A stretch of 64,000 nucleotides of DNA from Gammaproteobacteria bacterium (GTDB lineage: Bacteria; Pseudomonadota; Gammaproteobacteria; Natronospirales; JAIVGZ01), in contig JBBEAN010000015.1 in assembly GCA_040882865.1 (NCBI GenBank), positions 107,402-171,401 of the forward strand. Reading direction: 5' to 3'. The first letter of the stretch is position 1; each line of letters starts with the position of its first letter. Below are positions 35,457-47,992 of this stretch, in pieces. The position numbers and the translations under genes are program-made. Below the pieces are notes generated by a model. The model was not told the DNA's origin. It saw only the letters and a list, made by a program, of their open reading frames with translations, and made no database searches.

Positions 35457-37049
35457 ATGAGCTCGACCGCCCACCACGCTGCCGCGCTGCGCCCGCTGCG
35501 CCTCCTGAACCTCTACCGGGTCGTCGCGGCCATCATCCTCTATACGCTGTACGCCACCGGCGACACGACGCGCATGCTGGGCTCTTCGGCACCGCAGCTG
35601 TTCCAATGGGTCGCTGTCGGCTACCTCGCGTTCGGCGTGATCGCGGTGTTCGCGGCGAACCTCCGAAGGCCAGCGCCGCTTGTGCAGCTCTATGCGCTGC
35701 TGCTCGTCGACATCGCGGCCATCACGCTGCTCACTTATGCGAGCGGCGGCGCACGGTCCGGTCTGGGCGGCCTGCTGTTCGTGCCGGTCGCCGCGGCGGG
35801 GCTGATGATGCCGCAGCGCTCGGCGGTGCTGTTCGCGGCCATTGCAACCATCGCATTGCTGGGCTCTGAGGCGTACGCACAGTTGACCGGCGTTGTCGGC
35901 ATCGGCGGCTACCCGCAGGCCGGCATCCTCGGCATGATCCTGTTCACGACCGCGGTGATCGGATACGCGCTCGCGAACCGCGCTCGAGAGAGCGAGGCAC
36001 TTGCGGCGCAACGCGGCCTGGACCTCGCGGACCTCGCGCAGCTCAACGAGTACATCATCCAGCACCTCCAGACCGGCGTCGTCGCCGTCGATGGACAGGA
36101 TCGCATCCGCATGCTCAACGCGTCGGCGAGCGCGTTCCTCGGGGCGCGCGAAGATTCACGCTATCTCCGGCTCCGCGAAGTGTCTGCACCCCTCGCGCAG
36201 TGCCTGCGCGACTGGCGCACGCGCCCGTGGGACGAGCCCCCAACGCTGGCGGGCGTGGAGCCGGGCACCGTGCTGATCCCTCATCTGACGCCGCTCGGCC
36301 ACGGCACTGACGGCGGCATCCTCGTGTTTCTCGAGGACTCACGCGTCGTTGCTGAGCGCATGCAGTCCATGAAGCTCGCGGCGCTCGGGCGGCTGACCGC
36401 GAGCATCGCGCATGAGATTCGCAACCCACTCGGTGCGGTCAGCCACGCAAGCCAATTGCTCGCGGAAGCGGACCACCTCGACGACGAAGAACGCCGCCTT
36501 ACGGAAATCATCCGCACCCAGACGGGGCGCGTGAACACGATCATCGAAACCGTGCTGCAATTGTCGCGCCGGCAACAGACGCGCCCGGAATTGCTTGAGT
36601 TACCGCCTTGGCTCACGGACTTCGTCGACGAATTCTCGCGCGAGCATGCGCTGGCACCCGGCGACGCGCCTTTGCGCGTCGATTCGCCGCAGACCACCGT
36701 TCGCATGGACCCGTCCCACCTGCAGCAGGTCTTGTCGAACCTGTGTGAGAACGCCCTTCGGCACACGCCCGCGCGGCGCGGCGCGCGTGTCGAACTGCGC
36801 GTTGGCAGGACCGGCACGGGCGCCGCGTGCCTCGACGTGCTCGACCGCGGCCCCGGCGTCGACCCGGCCATCGCCCAACACATCTTCGAGCCGTTCTACA
36901 GTGCGAGCGCACAGGGCACCGGGCTCGGTTTGTTCATTTCCCGCGAACTCTGCGAATGCAATCAGGCACGGCTCTCGTACCGACCGCGCGTGGGGGGCGG
37001 CAGCTGTTTTCGGATAAGCTTCGCCGACGCATCACGTTGGGTGATTTAA
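35457..37049 (+). CDS. pilS: type IV pilus sensor histidine kinase PilS
   Basis: About 6 N-terminal TM helices, H-box SIAHEIRNPL, and an HATPase domain (GTGLGLFISREL). Adjacent to pilR. Confidence 0.85.
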   Translation: MSSTAHHAAALRPLRLLNLYRVVAAIILYTLYATGDTTRMLGSSAPQLFQWVAVGYLAFGVIAVFAANLRRPAPLVQLYALLLVDIAAITLLTYASGGARSGLGGLLFVPVAAAGLMMPQRSAVLFAAIATIALLGSEAYAQLTGVVGIGGYPQAGILGMILFTTAVIGYALANRARESEALAAQRGLDLADLAQLNEYIIQHLQTGVVAVDGQDRIRMLNASASAFLGAREDSRYLRLREVSAPLAQCLRDWRTRPWDEPPTLAGVEPGTVLIPHLTPLGHGTDGGILVFLEDSRVVAERMQSMKLAALGRLTASIAHEIRNPLGAVSHASQLLAEADHLDDEERRLTEIIRTQTGRVNTIIETVLQLSRRQQTRPELLELPPWLTDFVDEFSREHALAPGDAPLRVDSPQTTVRMDPSHLQQVLSNLCENALRHTPARRGARVELRVGRTGTGAACLDVLDRGPGVDPAIAQHIFEPFYSASAQGTGLGLFISRELCECNQARLSYRPRVGGGSCFRISFADASRWVI

Positions 37050-38362
37050 TGACTTCCACTGCGCTCATCATCGACGACGAACCCGACATCCGTGAACTGC
37101 TCGAGCTGACGCTCAAGCGCATGGGCATCGCGTCGGTCTCCGCGCCGACGAAAGCCGCTGCGCTCACACTGCTCGCGGACCGATCATTCGACCTCTGCTT
37201 GACCGACATGCGCCTCCCCGACGGCGACGGGCTCGAGATCGTTGAATGGATCCAGCAGCACATGGCCGGCCTGCCGGTCGCTGTGATCACCGCGCATGGC
37301 AACGTCGAATCCGCGGTGCAGGCGCTCAAGGCTGGCGCCTTCGATTTCGTGTCGAAACCGGTCGACCTTGCGGGACTGCGCAAACTCGTCGATGCGGCCC
37401 TCCGGATTGGTGGCGCTCAGGATGCGTCGCCACCCGCAGCGCCGGTGTTGCTCGGCGACTCGCAGGCGATGGAGCGACTGCGCGGCCTCGCAGCGAAAGT
37501 CGCGCGCAGCCAGGCTCCCGTCCATATCTGCGGTGAGTCCGGGACAGGCAAGGAACTCGTCGCGCGCATGATCCACGAAACGGGCCCTCGCCACGGCGCG
37601 CCGTTCGTACCGGTCAATTGCGGCGCCATTCCGACCGAGCTCATGGAGTCCGAGTTCTTCGGCCACCGTAAAGGCAGTTTCACCGGCGCCGTCGCCGACA
37701 AGGACGGTCTCTTCCAGGCCGCCGAGGGCGGTACATTATTCCTCGATGAGGTCGCGGACCTGCCGTTGCCGATGCAGGTCAAGCTTTTACGCGTCATCCA
37801 GGAGAAATCCGTGCGCCCGGTCGGGGCCGCACACGAACTGCCGGTCGATGTTCGCATCCTGTCTGCGACCCACCGCGACCTCGCCGCGCTGGTCGCGCGT
37901 GGCACATTCCGCGAGGATTTGTTCTATCGCGTGAACGTCATCGAGCTGCGCGTGCCGGCGCTGCGGGAGCGGCCCACCGACATTCCGACACTCGCCGCGC
38001 ACATCCTGACCCGCCAGGCCCGGGACCTTGGCCTGCTGCCGGTCACATTGGCCCCGGACGCGCTCGATCGGCTGCTCGCGTATCCATTCCCCGGCAACGT
38101 GCGCGAGCTCGAAAACGTCCTCGAGCGCGCGCTGACACTCGCCGACGGCGGCACCATCCACGCCGAGGACATCGTTCTGCGCACGGCCGGCGCCGCGGCC
38201 ACGGACGCCGGCACGCTCGACGACGAGGTCGACCAGTTGCAGCGGGCGCGCATCGAACGCGCACTCGAGGCGACCCGGTGGAACAAAACCGAGGCCGCCA
38301 AGCAACTCGGGATGACGTTCCGCCAGCTGCGCTACCGCTTGAAGAAGCTCGGGCTGGACTGA
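37049..38362 (+). CDS. pilR: sigma-54-dependent response regulator PilR
   Basis: Start MTSTALIIDDEPDI (TAATG overlap with pilS). REC domain, AAA+ GESGTGKE and ESEFFGH/GAFTGA region, and a C-terminal Fis-type HTH. Confidence 0.9.
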   Translation: MTSTALIIDDEPDIRELLELTLKRMGIASVSAPTKAAALTLLADRSFDLCLTDMRLPDGDGLEIVEWIQQHMAGLPVAVITAHGNVESAVQALKAGAFDFVSKPVDLAGLRKLVDAALRIGGAQDASPPAAPVLLGDSQAMERLRGLAAKVARSQAPVHICGESGTGKELVARMIHETGPRHGAPFVPVNCGAIPTELMESEFFGHRKGSFTGAVADKDGLFQAAEGGTLFLDEVADLPLPMQVKLLRVIQEKSVRPVGAAHELPVDVRILSATHRDLAALVARGTFREDLFYRVNVIELRVPALRERPTDIPTLAAHILTRQARDLGLLPVTLAPDALDRLLAYPFPGNVRELENVLERALTLADGGTIHAEDIVLRTAGAAATDAGTLDDEVDQLQRARIERALEATRWNKTEAAKQLGMTFRQLRYRLKKLGLD

Positions 38363-38368
38363 CAAAAA

Positions 38369-38403
38369 TTGTCACAAACTGACCAGCCGCGTCAGTGACT
38401 GCG
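38369..38403. promoter_or_regulatory. candidate PilR upstream activating sites (GTCA/TGAC repeats)
   Basis: TTGTCACaaacTGACcagccgcGTCAgTGACtgcg lies 35-70 bp upstream of the -24 element. TGTC-containing repeats are reported for Pseudomonas PilR sites. Confidence 0.3.
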
Positions 38404-38438
38404 GGAGATTCCACATCATAACTCAGGGATTTCCCCAC

Positions 38439-38454
38439 TGGCATGCGCCTTGCA
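38439..38454 (+). promoter_or_regulatory. sigma-54 (-24/-12) promoter of pilA
   Basis: TGGCATgcgccTTGCA has the exact GG-N10-GC spacing. It sits 62 nt upstream of the pilA ATG and downstream of pilR. Confidence 0.8.
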
Positions 38455-38516
38455 TGTAACCCGGTACCTAGCGGCGTCAAGACCGCAGTCACCCCGACAA
38501 ACATGGAGAACACCAT

Positions 38517-38966
38517 ATGACACAGCTTCAGAAAGGTTTTACGTTGATCGAGCTGATGATCGTGGTCGCGATCATCGGCATTCTGGCCGCGGTCGCAATC
38601 CCGGCCTACCAGGACTACATCACCCGTGCACAGACCGCTGAATGCGTGAACCTGCTCGGCGCATCGCGCACCCCGGTGCTCGAGCACTTCGGCATGAGCG
38701 GCCGCTGGCCGACGGCTGACGAGTTCGAAGACCTCGTGCCGGTCCAGGAAGGCGGCGTTTGCACGAACCTGACCTTCACCGACGCGGTGGACCCCGCCGA
38801 CGGTTCGGCGACGATCACCCTGCAGATCACGGTGGGTGGCCGCGTGGCCGACAACGAGTTGAACCAGACCTACGCCGAGCCGGGTAGCTGGACGTGCTGG
38901 ATGGCCGATACGGACATGCACAAGTATCTGCCGCAGACTTGCCGTAACGACAGCTCGACGGGCTAG
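38517..38966 (+). CDS. pilA: type IVa major pilin
   Basis: [34 protein letters not shown] prepilin leader and N-methyl-Phe motif. C-terminal disulfide loop C...C. GGAGA RBS. Confidence 0.92.
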   Translation: MTQLQKGFTLIELMIVVAIIGILAAVAIPAYQDYITRAQTAECVNLLGASRTPVLEHFGMSGRWPTADEFEDLVPVQEGGVCTNLTFTDAVDPADGSATITLQITVGGRVADNELNQTYAEPGSWTCWMADTDMHKYLPQTCRNDSSTG

Positions 38967-39000
38967 TCGTAGCCGTCAGGCCCGATACGGGCCTCTGGAA

Positions 39001-39029
39001 CGGGCGCCTCCGGGCGCCCGTTTCTTTTT
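39001..39029 (+). terminator. rho-independent terminator after pilA
   Basis: CGGGCGCCtccgGGCGCCCG followed by TTTCTTTTT. It is preceded by a second hairpin AGGCCCGataCGGGCCT at 38978-38994. Confidence 0.8.
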
Positions 39030-39068
39030 GTATACTCGAACGACAATCGCCCCCGGGGAGGGCTCACG

Positions 39069-40790
39069 ATGGCAACACCCACGATCAAGGCGAATCTCAG
39101 TGGCCTGGCCCGGCGCCTGGTGCTCGACGGCATCATGACCGAGGAGGCGGCTGCGGGCGCGAACCAGCAGGCGGCGACCGAGAAGAAGCCGTTCGTCGCG
39201 TACATCGTCGAAAAGAAGCTCGCCGACCCACGGCAAATCGCGGTCGCCGCGGCGGCGGAATTCGGCGCACCGATCGTGGACCTGACTGCGCTGGACCTTG
39301 ATAACGCCCCGGCCGACCTCGTCGACGACAAGCTGATCAAGGCCCATCGGGTGCTGCCGCTGCACGTGCGCGGCAAACGGCTGTTCGTCGCGCTGTCCGA
39401 TCCAACGAACCTCCAGGCGCTCGATGAGATCAAATTCCAGACCGGTCACACGGTCGAAGCGATCGTCTGCGAGGAAGACAAGCTCGCGAAGGCACTCTCG
39501 AAGGCGCTCGAGAAGATGGACACGCAAATGTCCGACTTCGACGACAGCGATCTCGAGAACGTCGACATCAGCGGGGGCGGCGACGCCGACGGCGACGACG
39601 ACATCGCGCGGGACGACGCCGAGGATGCGCCGGTCGTGCGCTTCGTGAACAAGATGCTGCTCGACGCGATCAACCGCGGCGCGTCGGACCTGCACTTCGA
39701 GCCCTACGAAAAGGCGTACCGCGTCCGCTTCCGTATCGACGGCATGCTGACCGAGGTCGCTTCCCCGCCGATCGCGCTGTCGGGCAAGATCTCCGCGCGC
39801 TTGAAAGTCATGTCCCGGCTCGACATCGCGGAGCGCCGCGTGCCGCAAGACGGTCGCATGAAGATGCGGTTGTCGAAATCGCGTGCGATCGACTTCCGCG
39901 TGAACTCCTGCCCGACGCTGTTCGGCGAGAAGATCGTGATGCGTATTCTCGACCCGTCGAGCGCGACCCTCGGCATCGACGCGCTCGGCTACGAGCCTGA
40001 GCAGAAGCAACTGTATCTCGACGCGCTACACCAGCCCTACGGCATGATCCTCGTGACCGGCCCGACGGGCTCGGGCAAAACCGTCTCGCTGTACACGGGC
40101 CTGAACATCCTGAACACCGCGGACCGCAACATCTCAACCGCCGAGGACCCGGCTGAAATCAACTTGTACGGCATCAACCAGGTCAACGTGAACGCGAAGG
40201 TCGGCCTGACGTTCTCGGCCGCGCTCAAAGCGTTCTTGCGCCAGGACCCAGACATCATCATGGTCGGCGAAATTCGAGATTTGGAAACTGCCGAAATCGC
40301 GATCAAAGCCGCGCAGACCGGACACATGGTGCTGTCCACGCTGCACACGAACGATGCGCCGAAAACCCTCACCCGCATGGTCGACATGGGCGTGGCGCCG
40401 TTCGCGATCGCGTCGTCGGTGAACCTCATCATCGCGCAGCGTCTTGGTCGCCGTTTGTGCCCGAAGTGCAAGGGCGAGCACGACGTACCGAAAGCGCAGC
40501 TCCTGAAGGCCGGGTTCACCGAGGACGACCTCAAGGAGAGTTTCCAGGTTTATAAACCGGTGGGTTGCGACCAGTGCACGCTCGGCTACAAGGGTCGTGT
40601 GGGCATCTACCAGGTCATGCCGGTGTCCGAAGCAACGGGCCGGATCATCATGGAAGGCGGCAACTCGATTGCCGTCGCGGATCAGGCGGCGAAGGAAGGC
40701 ATCCCCGACCTGCCGCGTTCGGGCCTCTTGAAAATCCAGCAGGGCGTGATGGGGCTCGACGAGCTCCACCGCGTCATTTCGAGCCATTGA
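39069..40790 (+). CDS. pilB: type IV pilus assembly ATPase PilB
   Basis: 573 aa. GSPII_E N-domain, Walker A GPTGSGKT, and a tetracysteine motif CPKC...CDQC. Confidence 0.95.
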   Translation: MATPTIKANLSGLARRLVLDGIMTEEAAAGANQQAATEKKPFVAYIVEKKLADPRQIAVAAAAEFGAPIVDLTALDLDNAPADLVDDKLIKAHRVLPLHVRGKRLFVALSDPTNLQALDEIKFQTGHTVEAIVCEEDKLAKALSKALEKMDTQMSDFDDSDLENVDISGGGDADGDDDIARDDAEDAPVVRFVNKMLLDAINRGASDLHFEPYEKAYRVRFRIDGMLTEVASPPIALSGKISARLKVMSRLDIAERRVPQDGRMKMRLSKSRAIDFRVNSCPTLFGEKIVMRILDPSSATLGIDALGYEPEQKQLYLDALHQPYGMILVTGPTGSGKTVSLYTGLNILNTADRNISTAEDPAEINLYGINQVNVNAKVGLTFSAALKAFLRQDPDIIMVGEIRDLETAEIAIKAAQTGHMVLSTLHTNDAPKTLTRMVDMGVAPFAIASSVNLIIAQRLGRRLCPKCKGEHDVPKAQLLKAGFTEDDLKESFQVYKPVGCDQCTLGYKGRVGIYQVMPVSEATGRIIMEGGNSIAVADQAAKEGIPDLPRSGLLKIQQGVMGLDELHRVISSH

Positions 40791-40804
40791 GGAGCAGGTG
40801 ACGC

Positions 40805-42016
40805 ATGGCTAGTGCAGCAACCAAAGACCTCCGCTGGGCCTGGGAAGGGACCGACCGCAAGGGTACCCGGCAGAAAGGCAAGACCGTCGGCGCGAGCGAG
40901 CAGGCGGTCAAGGCGATGTTGCGCAAACAGGGCATCACGCCAATCAAAGTCAAGAAGCAACGTACGGGCGGGGGCGGCAAGAAAATCACTGCCGGCGACA
41001 TCGCGATTCTGTCGCGGCAGATGGCGACGATGATGACCGCCGGCGTCCCGCTCGTACAGTCTTTCGAAATCATCGGGCGCGGCCACGACAACCCGAAAAT
41101 GTCGGAGCTGATCCTGACCGTGAAAGCCGATATCGAGGGCGGTAATACGCTCGCGCAGGCCCTCGCTGCGCATCCGCTTTATTTCGATGACTTGTTCGTG
41201 AGCTTGGTCGAGGCCGGCGAACAGGCCGGTGCGCTGGAAACGATGCTCGACAAGCTCGCGACTTACAAAGAAAAGACCGAGGCCATCAAGGCCAAGATCA
41301 AAAAAGCCCTGTTCTACCCGACCGCCGTGCTCGTCGTTGCGTTCATCGTGACCGCGATCTTGCTGATCTACGTCGTGCCGATGTTCCAGGAACTCTTCGA
41401 AGGGTTTGGTGCAGAACTTCCCGCGTTCACGCAGTTCGTCGTGAACCTGTCCGAGTTCGCGCAGGCGTATTGGTTCTACGCAGCGGTCGGCCTCGGCGGC
41501 GCGGGCTGGGCGTTCATCAAAGTGAAGCAGCGCTCGCGTGCGTTGCGTCAGGCGATCGATCGCTATTCACTGAAGCTCCCGGTCATCGGCGACATCCTCA
41601 CGAAGTCCGCGATTGCGCGCTTCGCGCGCACGCTGTCCACGATGTTCGCCGCCGGCGTGCCGCTCGTCGAGGCGCTCGACTCCGTCGCGGGCGCGACCGG
41701 CAACATCGTGTACGAGGACGGCACCCGGGTGATGCGCGAGCAGGTCGCAACGGGCACGCAATTGCAGCTCTGCATGGCGCAGAGCGAATTATTCCCGAAC
41801 ATGGTCGTACAGATGATCGCGATCGGCGAGGAATCCGGTTCGCTCGACTCGATGTCTGCGCGTGTCGCCGACTTCTACGAGGCGGAGGTCGATAACGCCG
41901 TCGATGCCCTGTCGAGCCTGCTCGAGCCGATGATCATGGCCATCTTGGGCGTGCTCGTCGGCGGCCTGGTCGTCGCGATGTACCTGCCGATCTTCAAGAT
42001 GGGTTCGGTCATTTGA
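40805..42016 (+). CDS. pilC: type IV pilus platform protein PilC
   Basis: 403 aa with the duplicated T2SF/GspF domain pattern. Confidence 0.95.
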   Translation: MASAATKDLRWAWEGTDRKGTRQKGKTVGASEQAVKAMLRKQGITPIKVKKQRTGGGGKKITAGDIAILSRQMATMMTAGVPLVQSFEIIGRGHDNPKMSELILTVKADIEGGNTLAQALAAHPLYFDDLFVSLVEAGEQAGALETMLDKLATYKEKTEAIKAKIKKALFYPTAVLVVAFIVTAILLIYVVPMFQELFEGFGAELPAFTQFVVNLSEFAQAYWFYAAVGLGGAGWAFIKVKQRSRALRQAIDRYSLKLPVIGDILTKSAIARFARTLSTMFAAGVPLVEALDSVAGATGNIVYEDGTRVMREQVATGTQLQLCMAQSELFPNMVVQMIAIGEESGSLDSMSARVADFYEAEVDNAVDALSSLLEPMIMAILGVLVGGLVVAMYLPIFKMGSVI

Positions 42017-42879
42017 TCGAGCTGCTCCGCGGTAACCCGGGGCTTTTCGTCGCGTGGGTCGCCGTCGCCGGCCTCGTCGTCGGCAGTTTCCTGAACGTGG
42101 TCATCCACCGGCTGCCGAAAATGATGGACCGCGCGTGGCGCCGCGAGTGTCGCGCGAAGTTCGAGCCCGATGCCGACGACGATACCGCGCGGTACGACCT
42201 CGTGCAGCCCGGGTCTCACTGTCCCGCGTGCGGGCACCGCATCCGCGCGTGGGAGAACGTCCCGCTGTTGAGCTGGGTCGCATTGCGCGCGCGCTGCAGC
42301 GCATGCAGCGTTCGAATCAGCGCGCGGTATCCGCTCATCGAGCTCGTGGCCGGCGTCGCAGCGGGTGTTGTCGCCGCGCATTTCGGCGTGACCTGGGAGT
42401 GCCTCGGCGCGCTGTTGCTGACGTGGTCGCTGATCGCGCTCACGATGATCGACTTCGACCATCAACTGTTACCAGACTCCATCACGCTGCCGATGCTCTG
42501 GCTCGGCCTCCTGTTCAGCGTGTTTACCGCAACCGTGACGCCCGTGGATGCGATCCTCGGCGCCGCCGCGGGCTACCTGTCGCTGTGGAGCGTGTATTGG
42601 CTGTTCAAGCTCGCGACGGGCAAGGAAGGCATGGGTCACGGGGACTTCAAGCTGCTCGCGATGCTCGGCGCTTGGCTCGGCTGGCAGGCGCTGCCCGCCG
42701 TCATCATGTTGTCCGCAATCGTCGGCGCCGTCGTCGGCATCACGCTGATTCTCGCGCAGCGGCTCGGCCGGCAGGTCCCGATGCCGTTCGGACCTTACCT
42801 TGCCGCGGCAGGATGGATCGCGCTGTTGTGGGGCGACGCGCTCAACGGCGCGTATTTGCGCGCCGCCGGGCTCGCATGA
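42013..42879 (+). CDS. pilD: prepilin peptidase / N-methyltransferase PilD
   Basis: 288 aa with CPACGHRI...RCSACS cysteine motifs and GMGHGDFKL (catalytic Asp). ATGA-type overlap with pilC. Confidence 0.95.
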   Translation: MIELLRGNPGLFVAWVAVAGLVVGSFLNVVIHRLPKMMDRAWRRECRAKFEPDADDDTARYDLVQPGSHCPACGHRIRAWENVPLLSWVALRARCSACSVRISARYPLIELVAGVAAGVVAAHFGVTWECLGALLLTWSLIALTMIDFDHQLLPDSITLPMLWLGLLFSVFTATVTPVDAILGAAAGYLSLWSVYWLFKLATGKEGMGHGDFKLLAMLGAWLGWQALPAVIMLSAIVGAVVGITLILAQRLGRQVPMPFGPYLAAAGWIALLWGDALNGAYLRAAGLA

Positions 42880-43496
42880 ATCGCCCGCTGCGCGTCGGCC
42901 TGACCGGCGGCGTCGCATCGGGCAAGTCGACGGTCAGTCAGGCGTTCGCCCGTCGCGGCGTGCCGACTTTTTCGGCGGATGAGATTTCCCATGAGCTCAC
43001 GGAGCCAGGCGCGCCCGCGCTGGCGCGGATACGCGCGAGCTTCGGTGACGGCGTGTTCACCCCCGGGGGGGCACTGGACCGCGCGGCGCTCGCTGAGCAA
43101 ATCTTCGCCGACGCGGAGGCCCGCGAGCGACTGGAGGGCATCCTGCATCCACCGATTGCCAGCGAGCTCGCTGCCCTCACCTCGGCGTGCGATGCGCCGT
43201 ATTGCGTCGTAGAGATCCCTTTGCTTGAGCCACGCCACGTCGGTGAACTTGTCGACCGGGTGCTGGTCGTGGACGTCTCTGCGGAAAACCAGCTGCGGCG
43301 CCTGCAGACGCGCAACGGCCTCACGCGGGCGGCTGCGCAAAGCCGCATCGTCGCCCAGAAATCCCGCGAGGCACGGCTCGCGATGGCCGACGACGTAATC
43401 CGCAACGACGGGCTGCCCGCTGAAATCGACGCGCAGGTGGAGGCACTCCATGTGCTTTACACGGACCTCGCGCGGCGCGGAGAATGGGCGCCATGA
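42876..43496 (+). CDS. coaE: dephospho-CoA kinase
   Basis: Start MNRPLRVGLTGGVASGKST (P-loop) at 42876, in an ATGA overlap with the pilD stop. The upstream part of the 42054 ORF is spurious. Confidence 0.92.
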   Translation: MNRPLRVGLTGGVASGKSTVSQAFARRGVPTFSADEISHELTEPGAPALARIRASFGDGVFTPGGALDRAALAEQIFADAEARERLEGILHPPIASELAALTSACDAPYCVVEIPLLEPRHVGELVDRVLVVDVSAENQLRRLQTRNGLTRAAAQSRIVAQKSREARLAMADDVIRNDGLPAEIDAQVEALHVLYTDLARRGEWAP

Positions 43497-44251
43497 TTTG
43501 CTACGAGCAACCGCTGCACGAGCGGGTCCGGACGTTCCTGCGCCTCGAATTCCTCTTCAATGAAGCCCGACACGTTCTCGAAGGCAACTCGCCGTGGGAC
43601 AGCCGCGCCGTGGTCGACAGCCTGATCAAGATTCTCGCGCTGCTCGGGCGCGGCGACCTGCGCACCGAAGTCATCAAAGAACTGGAGCGACACGGGGCGA
43701 TGCTGAACAGGCTCGTGAGTAATCCGGGTGTCGACGAGGGTCGACTGATCGCGCTGCTCGGAGAGATTGACGCACGCATCGGCTCGCTGCACAGCGGGGG
43801 TTCGCTGACGCAACCGCTACGCGATCACGAGTTTCTCACCATGATCCGCAACCGCACCGCGATCCCCGGCGGCACCTGCGAATTCGACCTGCCCGCGTAT
43901 CATTTCTGGCTCAGCCAGCCCGATGATATCCGGCGCGCTGACCTTGACGCATGGCTCGCGACGCTCGAACCGCTGCGGCGTGCAATCCGACTCATCCTGA
44001 ACCTGATCCGGAACAGCGCGGGCGTTTCCGAAGAAATCGCATCCGCCGGCATGTTCCAGCGCACGCTCGACAGCGCCGCCCCGTGCCACTTGATTCGCGT
44101 GATGCTCGACGAATCCGCACATTATTTCCCGGAAATCTCCGGCAGCAAACACCGCTTCACCGTACGGTTCCTCGAACTCCCGGACTTGAACGGCCGCGCG
44201 GTGCAAGCCAAATCCGACGTGCCCTTCAAGTTGGTCTGCTGCATTTTCTGA
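43493..44251 (+). CDS. zapD: cell division protein ZapD
   Basis: MICYEQPLHERVRTFLRLEFLF is collinear with the E. coli ZapD N-terminus. ATGA overlap with the coaE stop; ATG 43484 is an alternative start. Confidence 0.85.
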   Translation: MICYEQPLHERVRTFLRLEFLFNEARHVLEGNSPWDSRAVVDSLIKILALLGRGDLRTEVIKELERHGAMLNRLVSNPGVDEGRLIALLGEIDARIGSLHSGGSLTQPLRDHEFLTMIRNRTAIPGGTCEFDLPAYHFWLSQPDDIRRADLDAWLATLEPLRRAIRLILNLIRNSAGVSEEIASAGMFQRTLDSAAPCHLIRVMLDESAHYFPEISGSKHRFTVRFLELPDLNGRAVQAKSDVPFKLVCCIF

Positions 44252-45211
44252 ATCGCGGCGCCGCGACCGCGGGCGAATCAACTCACCATTTGGAGATGCC
44301 GGCGACACCCTGGCCGTGGTAGGCCCACGCTGTCGTGGCGTCGCTTCGCCGCAACCCGCCGATCGCGTACACCGGTAACCCCGCGCAGTCCGCGAGCGCC
44401 GCAAACGCATCCCAACCAAGCGGCGTCGCGCCCGGATGCGATGCAGTCGGCGCGACCGGTCCCACAACTGCGAAGTCACACCCGATTGCACGGGCATGCG
44501 CGAGTGCCTCGGCATCGTGGCAACTCGCGCCGACCCAACGATTGGCCGGGAGCGGCCGCGTCGACAGCGCTCGGAGCCGCGCAGCGTTCAGATGGACACC
44601 GTCGGCATCGAGCGCGCGCGCAAGCGCCGGATCGCCGTTCAGAATCAGTGTCGCCCCCCGCGCGCGGCAAAGCGCGATGGCCGCGGCGGCGGCATCCGCG
44701 TAACGCGCACCGAGCGACGGCGCCCGGAACTGAATGAAGGTATCCCCTGCCGTCAGCAACCGCGCAACGCCGTCGAGCAAGGCGTCCGTGGAGGCATCCG
44801 CGGTGACTGCGTAGTGCGTGGGCAGCCGTAGCGCAGCGACGATCGGGCGGTCCGCCGCGAGCATCTCGTACGTCGTGAGCTCGTCGGGCGCAACCCACGC
44901 GAGCGGGTGACCCTCGTGTGCGAAGACCTCACCCTCCCAATGGTCGACGCGCGCACAATCGAGGCGCACGCTTCGCTCCGGATAATCGTGGCGAATCCGG
45001 ATCAGTGGCCGCGTCCGGATAGGGATGACACCGAGCTCCTCGAAAAGCTCGCGCGTGAGTGCGGCCGGCGCCTCCTCGCCCGTCTCGAATTTTCCGCCCG
45101 GGAATTCCCACTGCCCCGCCATGGGCGTCCCTGGCAGGCGCCGCATGATGAGCACGCGCCCATCCGTGCGGACGAGCGCCGCCGCTGCGACATCAACGAT
45201 GGAATCGTCGG

Positions 45212-47938
<2,727 letters not shown>

Positions 47939-47992
47939 GATTTACCTGAGGAAAAACGCTAATGATATCAGTTGCGGGCGCCCCCCGTCGGT

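Noticed and set aside
43060-43071. C5G7 homopolymer run inside coaE as a phase-variation / slipped-strand site
   Set aside because: It simply encodes Thr-Pro-Gly-Gly in an essential housekeeping gene. There is no evidence of contingency-locus context.
44252-44282. Short gap between convergent zapD and the Nudix fusion; looked for yacG or a bidirectional terminator
   Set aside because: Only a weak 5-bp CGCGG/CCGCG stem without U-tracts, and no room for a yacG-like zinc-finger ORF, so yacG must be elsewhere in the genome.
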